Virus record (IMG/VR): IMGVR_UViG_3300009034_000016
Location: 1-64,000 of that record
DNA from: a virus
DNA length: 64,000 bases
Strand: one strand, 5' to 3'
In this document: piece by piece, positions 57,641-64,000 of the stretch
How positions within the stretch are numbered: position 1 is the stretch's first letter
Layout: the number at the start of each line of letters is the position of its first letter
Made by a program: the position numbers and the translations under genes
The notes under the pieces: generated by a model
What the model was told of the DNA's origin: nothing
Database searches by the model: none
Seen by the model: only the letters and a program-made list of their open reading frames with translations

Positions 57641-58563
57641 AAATTAATCTCTTAGATATAGATTCCAAGATCCCCAACTTGGCTTTAATGAAAATATCAG
57701 CTTATCATAAGTCAATTCACAATGAAGTGTTTTTAAACTTTCCTATATGTAATCCAGACATGACTTTTGCCTCTTGTATATTTACTAAGAATAAAAACAA
57801 AGTGCCTTTTGGTGTTAAGGCTGGCGGCCCAGGATATAACCTAAAAACAAAATTGCCTGAGCATATAGAAAGGTGTTCACCAGACTATTCCCTCTATCCA
57901 AAAATAGATTATTCGCTTGGCTATACTTATCGTTATTGTCCCCGGAAATGTGCTTTTTGTAATGTTTGGAAAATGGGGAATAAGAGAGGCGAACACCATA
58001 GTATCTATGAATTTTATGATAAACAATTCAGAATAATTCGACTTCTGAATAACAACACCTTTGCCGATCCGGATTGGCGGGAGACTTTTAAGGAAATAAA
58101 AAAAGAAAACCTGATTGCCCATTTCGACCAGGGCTTTGATATTAGACTCCTATCTGAGGAAAAGGCTCATTATTTGAAATTGATTAAGCACCATAAACAA
58201 ATTTATTTTGCCTTCGATGATATTAAGTTAGAAAAGGATATTAGGCAGGGGATAAAAATATTAGATAAGGCAAAAATATCAAGGTCGAAAATTGCTTTTT
58301 TTATACTGACTGGATTTAATTCAAACCTCAATGAAGATATTGAAAGAGTTGAAATGCTTAGGAGTATGAACATTGATTGTTACGTTATGGCTTATAATGG
58401 CGGAGTTAATCGTTTGACCAGAGAATATGCACGCTATGTAAACACTAAAGTAGTTTTTAAAACTCGGTCATTTGAACAATTTTTAAAATCAAGAAATGTT
58501 GGTTATTTATTAATGGCAGGGGGCTCAACCTTTACAAAGGGGCAAGCCCCTGGTGAGGGGTAG
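57637..58563 (+). CDS. Phage radical SAM protein
   Basis: IPNLALMKISAYHK, CPRKCAFC (CxxxCxxC), QGFDIRL, FAFD. Confidence 0.85.
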   Translation: MKINLLDIDSKIPNLALMKISAYHKSIHNEVFLNFPICNPDMTFASCIFTKNKNKVPFGVKAGGPGYNLKTKLPEHIERCSPDYSLYPKIDYSLGYTYRYCPRKCAFCNVWKMGNKRGEHHSIYEFYDKQFRIIRLLNNNTFADPDWRETFKEIKKENLIAHFDQGFDIRLLSEEKAHYLKLIKHHKQIYFAFDDIKLEKDIRQGIKILDKAKISRSKIAFFILTGFNSNLNEDIERVEMLRSMNIDCYVMAYNGGVNRLTREYARYVNTKVVFKTRSFEQFLKSRNVGYLLMAGGSTFTKGQAPGEG

Positions 58564-58571
58564 GAAGGGAG

Positions 58572-58817
58572 GTGATAAAAGTGGGAGTTATTAACTTGGA
58601 TATTTATGGGAGCTTCCCAGGGGGAGTGCATGGACAAAGGTCGTTTAGTGCTATGACACATGGTCATGCCCATGCTGTTACTGAGGCCATAGCTTTTCTG
58701 GTAAATAAAGTATTGCCAAAAGCCATTGCCCTCGATCACAAGCTCCATGAGGAAGGCGAAAAACCATCAAAGGGATTTGACCCAGAAACGAAAGGAGGTG
58801 ATTCAAATGAACCATAA
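58572..58817 (+). CDS. Hypothetical protein
   Basis: GGAGG RBS. Confidence 0.5.
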   Translation: MIKVGVINLDIYGSFPGGVHGQRSFSAMTHGHAHAVTEAIAFLVNKVLPKAIALDHKLHEEGEKPSKGFDPETKGGDSNEP

Positions 58818-59244
58818 AATGCTTAGCAAGTTTAGTGTAGTGCTAATAGTCGTTGCCCTGCTATTCCTAACGGCAGGGTTAGTGATAGCGGAGGAGGATA
58901 CTATTGGACCGATAAAGTTTGGGCCGATGTTGACGGCTCAAATGATTAGAATGAAGTTTGACCCTACCCGGACTTCATTTATGACCAGTGGCCTGGGTGG
59001 TGGATTTTTTGCCGAGTATCAGGCTAAGGAAAAAACCGCCTTCAAGCCCAGGGTAGAAATCTATGTCCTGGCCTCATCCCAGGAGGAAAGTAAGGAACTG
59101 GATATTGAGTTTGGCTGTTCCGGCTCATTATTGTCAATCGGCCCATTACAGTTAGGAACTATCGGGGCAATTTACAATCCCGATGAGGACGAATGGTCAT
59201 TGATAATAGGGGGCAGCTTAACTCTATGGGGTAAGGGATTGTAG
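58807..59244 (+). CDS. Signal-peptide-bearing beta-strand protein
   Basis: AGGAGG RBS before MNHKMLSKF; signal peptide ending VIA|EED. Confidence 0.55.
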   Translation: MNHKMLSKFSVVLIVVALLFLTAGLVIAEEDTIGPIKFGPMLTAQMIRMKFDPTRTSFMTSGLGGGFFAEYQAKEKTAFKPRVEIYVLASSQEESKELDIEFGCSGSLLSIGPLQLGTIGAIYNPDEDEWSLIIGGSLTLWGKGL

Positions 59245-59382
59245 GCATTGGTCTGCTCAATGGCTCCCGGCGGTGAATTAGTCATGGACTTCGTGTTAAA
59301 TAGACCGGGCTGATTTATCGAGACCGCTTGCGTTCTTAATTGGGATTAGCGCTGGTGGGTTCTGGGAGCCTTAATAAAATTT

Positions 59383-59817
59383 ATGAGAACGATACCTTTA
59401 AATCTTAATGAAGCTGCTAAGTTTGTGAAAAAATATCATAGGCATAATGATCCACCTACTCGAAGTAAGTTTTCAATAGGAGCAACTAAGGAGGGTAAAT
59501 TGGTTGGGGTTGCTATTGCAGGCAGACCTGTTGCAAGGCTTCTTAATGATGGGAGAACACTTGAAATAATAAGGGTATGCACAGACGGCACTTTCAATGC
59601 TAATAGTTTCTTATATTCACGAGTTAAGAAAATAGCTCTGTTGATGGGTTATGAAAAAGTGATTACTTATACATTGCAAGAAGAGTCCGGGGCTTCCCTA
59701 AAAGCAATAGGAGCTCAAATAGAGGCAGAGGTAAAAGCCAAGAGTTGGAATTGTAAAGGAAGGCCAAGAAGAGAACAAGAGGTTTATAAGAAACCTAAAT
59801 ATAGGTGGATATTGTAA
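59383..59817 (+). CDS. XF1762-family / Mom-like GNAT-fold protein
   Basis: EAAKFVKKYHRH, LVGVAIAGRPVAR, RVCTDGTFNANSFLY, ITYTLQEESGASL. Confidence 0.8.
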   Translation: MRTIPLNLNEAAKFVKKYHRHNDPPTRSKFSIGATKEGKLVGVAIAGRPVARLLNDGRTLEIIRVCTDGTFNANSFLYSRVKKIALLMGYEKVITYTLQEESGASLKAIGAQIEAEVKAKSWNCKGRPRREQEVYKKPKYRWIL

Positions 59818-59852
59818 GGTTCCGGGAGCCAGGTTTGAAAGGAGGTAATGTT

Positions 59853-60125
59853 GTGGGTTTTGTAGATCGTGATCGTTATCCTTATGATGTAGGTGAACTT
59901 TTTGTTACAGAGCTTATGGTGTGTCATAGTGCTGCTGGTTACTTCATTGGTCGTATGTGTTGGGATAAGGAATTAAGTTTTGAAGATCAGTTTTCTCGTG
60001 AAAGTGGTTATTATCCTACTGCAACTGTCGCTCAGAAGGCATTAAAAGAAGGATTCGAGGTTAGAGAGTGTTCGGAGAATGAGATGGCATATAACGAAGG
60101 ACTACCACGCCCCGGTGCGACCTGA
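59853..60125 (+). CDS. Conserved phage hypothetical protein (start approximate)
   Basis: VCHSAAGYFIG..SRESGYY motif; AGGAGG RBS. Confidence 0.6.
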   Translation: MGFVDRDRYPYDVGELFVTELMVCHSAAGYFIGRMCWDKELSFEDQFSRESGYYPTATVAQKALKEGFEVRECSENEMAYNEGLPRPGAT

Positions 60126-60148
60126 CGGTAAGTAGGAGAAGGGAAAAT

Positions 60149-60403
60149 ATGATTAATAAGAATTTACCAGAACCGGAACCCAGAGATAGGCAGTGCGTTT
60201 ATTGTTTTCGTAAAACAGGATCGCTCAAAGGTCAGCTTATTCATTGGCCAAGTCCTGATTTTAAAGGTTGGGTTGCTACTGTAAGTGGTATGGAAATAGA
60301 GCCATTTTCTACTTGGTTATACATTTGTCAATGGTGTCGTGGTGTAGAAACAAAAAGAAAGCAACGCTCCGAGACGAGCCGGAATCCGGCCACCGGGGTT
60401 TGA
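60149..60403 (+). CDS. Zinc-finger small protein whose C-terminus is encoded by the junction repeat
   Basis: CVYC..CQWC; ends ETSRNPATGV. Confidence 0.6.
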   Translation: MINKNLPEPEPRDRQCVYCFRKTGSLKGQLIHWPSPDFKGWVATVSGMEIEPFSTWLYICQWCRGVETKRKQRSETSRNPATGV

Positions 60404-60410
60404 AAGGAGG
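60371..60410 (+). repeat. Junction repeat family 2, copy C
   Basis: GAGACGAGCCGGAATCCGGCCACCGGGGTTTGAAAGGAGG. Confidence 0.8.
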
Positions 60411-60413
60411 ACT

Positions 60414-62004
60414 ATGTTTCCAAAATTTATCTTTAATAAGGAAATAGGGCAAACCATTAAGGCCGAAGCAATGCAACAGATAATTAATAAATATATCTGG
60501 AGGTGTGGCTTAGAACATGCCTTCAAGACTACTTTCTGGGAGCGGATTGAATACTGGTATCTGAGGATCTTTTGGGAGCCGTGGCAAAAATTTAGAAATG
60601 AAATAAATTCTCTAAAAGATTTAAGTGATTATTATCCTAAAAATCTTGAAGAAGCAATAGATAAAGCAAATGATTTATATAGAATGTGGATGAAACAAGG
60701 CAACAAGGAGGATGCTATTACTATCGGTTTTCTCCTCTCCCACGCCAAAGAGTGCCCAAGCTGTAGGAAGGTGGAGGAAGTGGTGAGGAAGTTGAAGGAG
60801 AGATTTGAGGAGACTGAAAATTTAGAAATGAAAGCCGAGCTTGAACTTATTATTGAGATGCTAACCGAGGAGGCCGCCCATGGATAGGAAGGAAGCGATT
60901 GAGGAACTGGATCATTGTTTGGAAGCAAACGAATTCCCCGCTTGGGAAGCTATTGCTATTGCTCACAAGAACCTCAAGCTGGTTGAGGAAGTGGTGGGGT
61001 GGTTAGAGGATTCAATTAAAAGCACATCCAGTACTCCCGGGCAAGTTAGTTTCATCGATGGCAGAATAGACGCTTGGGAGGATATATTAGAAATGCTAAC
61101 CGAGGGGGAGTGATGAATTACTGTTCAAGTTGTGGCCTTCCTGTCCCTGAAGGGCAGGGGGGAGTTTGTTCAATGTGTTACGGCGATCCCGAATATGGTA
61201 GGGATGGGTATTATAAACAACGCCTCGAGGAAGAAGAAATGCAAGAACAGGAAAGAGAACGGGAGGAAGAGGAAACGGGAGGAAGAGGAAAGGAGGGAGA
61301 AGAGTGATGAAACTGGAAAAGGCGATTGAGATGGTTAAAGAGGTTACCTCTTATGTGGAGGAAAAGATACCGAACCCTCTGTATTGGTTCAACACGGACG
61401 AACGGGAAGCCCTCCGCCTCGTGATTGAGGCGGCGGAGAGGGATTTAAAAAAGTTTGACGAAAGAATAGAGAAATTGGAAAACAAGATTAAAAGATTAGA
61501 ATCGCTACCCATAGTTTATGGCCCAAATACAGCTTACTTACCACACAAGAAGGAAGGAGGAAAGGAATGAGTAAAGGTCTAAAGAAAACAACCGAAGAAT
61601 TAAGGGAAAATATTGGGAAAGTAGAGGAAATATTAAAAACTGGGGGATGGACAAGGAATCAGCGGGAAGCCTTTAAACTTGTAATTCAAGCTGCTAAGGA
61701 GCGAAGTGGGTGGGGCGAGAACGTAAAGGTAATTTGCAAGATTACCAATAGCTGTAAATGTGGTCACCATCTCATGGTTATAACAAATAAGGAAACCTGC
61801 GAAAAGCAAGCCAACCTCTCCTTTCTCCAGAAGGTGAGGGAGGAGTGTAAGAAGTATTATAACTTTGATGAACATTATACAGATTGTAAGAAATGTCGTT
61901 ATGAGAGAGATTGTATATTTCAGTCTCTTGATGCTGAGTCAGATCAAGGATTAATGGATCTCATCGAGAAGGTGCTGGAGGCCCCAGAAATCGCGAAGGG
62001 GTAG
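60414..62004 (+). other. Run of small hypothetical genes (60414-60887, 60880-61113, 61113-61307, 61307-61570, 61567-62004)
   Basis: Overlapping stop/start codons; shared peptide blocks VEEVV..EMLTE and REA..LVI.AA. Confidence 0.6.
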
Positions 62005-62067
62005 GAAGGGAAAATTTATTTTAATGGGGGGAGGAGTAAGATATCCCATAACCAAAAGGAGGTAGCC

Positions 62068-62490
62068 ATGGACCCGTTATTGTTGCTAGTGAATCTTAAA
62101 AAAGACTTTGGTGTTATTCTGGAGCAACTGAAGTGTGCCGGGAGCGAGAGTGAGGCAAAAGAACAGTTAGCCCTAAACGCAAGTATGCAGGCGGATTGGG
62201 CGAAGAGGGAAGGCGAGGAGCTATACAATCAGATCGTGGCCGATGCTGAATATAGGCAGTGGCGGGCGAAAGTGATAAATAACTTACTTACCCAGGACCC
62301 GAAGTTGTCGGAATGGAAGATCAAGGCGCTGATTGAACAGGATGATAAATTCGTAGAGTTTAAGCAGTTTATAGCCAAGAGTCAGATGGAGCATCAGGTT
62401 TACGGCAGGTTTATTGATGCGCTCCATGACCAGGCTGAGGCTATAAGGTTTCTGCTTGATCGGGAGCCTGATTTTAAGCTGGAGAAGTAA
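62068..62490 (+). CDS. Helical protein, possibly UvsY-like recombination mediator
   Basis: KLSEWKIKALIEQDDKF pattern; 140 aa coiled coil. Confidence 0.35.
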   Translation: MDPLLLLVNLKKDFGVILEQLKCAGSESEAKEQLALNASMQADWAKREGEELYNQIVADAEYRQWRAKVINNLLTQDPKLSEWKIKALIEQDDKFVEFKQFIAKSQMEHQVYGRFIDALHDQAEAIRFLLDREPDFKLEK

Positions 62491-62503
62491 TGGGCTTGCA
62501 ACA

Positions 62504-62521
62504 CGTGCACACGCGTGCACG
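62504..62521. repeat. TGCAC-RCGC-GTGCA palindrome, copy 4 (overlaps RBS)
   Basis: CGTGCAC-ACGC-GTGCACG followed by GAGG. Confidence 0.7.
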
Positions 62522-62530
62522 GAGGAGTAA

Positions 62531-62908
62531 ATGAAGAAGTGTTTAAAATGCGGGAAATGCTGTAAGGAGATCCCGATTGAGCATAGCCCAAAAAGGTTAA
62601 AGGAATACTATCTTGACTGGAGGCTACGGAAGAAAAAAGAACCAGATATACTCATGGATATATGGTTACTGTATCCAATGTTAAGATATTTAGGGAGAAG
62701 AAGGTATGGAAGGTATTTGTATCGCTGCATTCATCTGACTAAAGGGAATCTATGTGATATCAACTCCATAAAACCGGATATGTGTAAGGGATATCCCTGG
62801 TATGGTGAAAAAGAATCTGAAAGGAAGTTGAGCTCATTGACAATCTTAAAGTGTGGGTATAACAAATGGTTAGAAAGGATCAAGGATGAAGAAGATAAAA
62901 CTGGTTAA
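62531..62908 (+). CDS. YkgJ-family CxxCxxCC cysteine-cluster protein
   Basis: CLKCGKCC..CIHL..LCDI..KPDMCKGYP. Confidence 0.85.
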   Translation: MKKCLKCGKCCKEIPIEHSPKRLKEYYLDWRLRKKKEPDILMDIWLLYPMLRYLGRRRYGRYLYRCIHLTKGNLCDINSIKPDMCKGYPWYGEKESERKLSSLTILKCGYNKWLERIKDEEDKTG

Positions 62909-63413
62909 CTTAATTCCGAGGATACATCGTCTGAAGGATGATAATGTCCCGCACTTCGATCTATCACCCGGGACCATAGCCGAGGTTTACCTAATCTTCG
63001 GCGGGTTGGTTTGGAATCTCCTGCGCAGGGTTACTGGGATGCTTATAGGTGCAACCGCAACAACCATCGGGAATAATATATATTTCTATACCCCATCCCC
63101 GGATATGGCCGAGAAAATCCGGGACTATCTGCCACTTATCGTCCATGAGCTAATCCATATCAAGCAGTTTAAAAAGAATGGCTTGGTCAGGTTTGTTTCA
63201 ATCTACTTCGGTCAATTTTTCAGGGAGTTCTATAAGATCTGGCGCAGTGGCCACGGCTTTGATATTAAGGGGGCTTACGCCATGATCGGCCTGGAGAGAG
63301 AAGCCTACGATGCGGAAAACTATATGTATCAGCACCCGGAGATAGCTGAGAGTTTCAGGATTTTCGGGGCTTGGGGAAAGGGAGGATTAAATCAATGTGG
63401 GATCGAATTTTAA
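62886..63413 (+). CDS. Zincin-like metallopeptidase (DUF4157-like)
   Basis: ATTIGNNIY, LIVHELIHIKQ, LEREAY. Confidence 0.75.
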   Translation: MKKIKLVNLIPRIHRLKDDNVPHFDLSPGTIAEVYLIFGGLVWNLLRRVTGMLIGATATTIGNNIYFYTPSPDMAEKIRDYLPLIVHELIHIKQFKKNGLVRFVSIYFGQFFREFYKIWRSGHGFDIKGAYAMIGLEREAYDAENYMYQHPEIAESFRIFGAWGKGGLNQCGIEF

Positions 63414-63487
63414 CTATCTATCTAATCGGTGGGGGGATTATTCTGGTAATTCTCCTAATTTTCTTCGTAATAGTCGGGGAATGGTGA
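63395..63487 (+). CDS. 30-aa single-TM peptide (not in the ORF track)
   Basis: GGAGG RBS; MWDRILTIYLIGGGIILVILLIFFVIVGEW. Confidence 0.5.
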   Translation: MWDRILTIYLIGGGIILVILLIFFVIVGEW

Positions 63488-63489
63488 AA

Positions 63490-63684
63490 ATGAAGTGTCC
63501 ATATTGCAGCGATAGCGATACAACCGTCATATATATTTGCAATACCGACGACAGAAAAAAATATAAATATAGGAGACTCCCTAAGAAGCTCAGAGGAAAC
63601 AATACTATTCGACGGCGGCGTAAATGCCTTGGTTGCGGATATAGGTTTAACACGGTGGAGAGCCATGCTGAGGGAGGGGAATGA
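63490..63684 (+). CDS. NrdR-like zinc-ribbon-only protein
   Basis: MKCPYC..TTVI..IRRRRKCLGCGYRFNTVE matches the NrdR N-terminal domain; no ATP-cone follows. Confidence 0.75.
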   Translation: MKCPYCSDSDTTVIYICNTDDRKKYKYRRLPKKLRGNNTIRRRRKCLGCGYRFNTVESHAEGGE

Positions 63685-63929
63685 CAAGGACGTGCATATT
63701 TTGTGGGAGTGAGTGGGAAGAAGTAAACAAATCACATCCAGAGAATGACTGCGGGATTTGTTTAAGATGTCTTGGTGATGGAAACGATCGTCCAGAATCC
63801 AGAACGGCCGTCTTTTACCCTATTAATTTCGATTCTTTTAATCTTCGTAATAGTTGGTTAGATCTGCTATTTAGAGACATTACCGATCACCTTATTTTGG
63901 CGGAGGAACTGGAGGGGGAGGGGGGTTGA
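63681..63929 (+). CDS. Small zinc-finger protein
   Basis: CIFC..GICLRC; GGAGG RBS. Confidence 0.55.
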   Translation: MTRTCIFCGSEWEEVNKSHPENDCGICLRCLGDGNDRPESRTAVFYPINFDSFNLRNSWLDLLFRDITDHLILAEELEGEGG

Positions 63930-64000
63930 TATGTGTAAACATAAAGACTTTAAAATAGAGACATGGAGAGGGCCATATTGTCCTTGGTGTAGGAACGATA

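Noticed and set aside
54256-59375. tRNA genes in the structured spacers at 54262 and 59262
   Set aside because: No TTC-RA T-loop or cloverleaf spacing recognisable
271-63735. Most minus-strand and nested ORFs in the ORF track
   Set aside because: They lie antisense to or inside well-supported + strand genes, lack RBSs and show no motifs

Overview
The window is a 64-kb segment of a bacterial tailed phage or prophage with a contractile (myovirus-type) tail, encoded almost entirely on the + strand. No integrase, host genes or genome ends are visible. Layout: 1-14.8 kb head module (terminase, portal, MuF, prohead protease polyprotein, scaffold, capsid, neck). 14.8-32 kb tail and baseplate, interrupted by a TnpB-only IS200/IS605-type element. 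32-40.4 kb lysis and accessory virion or membrane genes. From 40.7 kb an early/middle region of many small genes plus SPL-like radical SAM, SbcCD, an oriC-like locus, initiator and DnaC-like loader. The most notable signals: (1) A 1539-aa prohead-protease polyprotein carrying ASCH-like, SAM-methyltransferase, nucleotidyltransferase, ATP-dependent ligase, Dam-type methylase and LigD phosphoesterase-like domains separated by Lys-ending linkers. (2) An oriC-like DnaA-box cluster with a tandem pair of NrdR-box-like sites, plus a phage-encoded NrdR zinc-ribbon-only protein. (3) Conserved junction repeats that bound small early genes like cassettes. (4) An attenuator-like early leader. (5) A palindrome abutting several ribosome-binding sites. 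(6) A frameshifted or internally deleted major capsid gene. All domain calls come from reading motifs by eye, without database searches.
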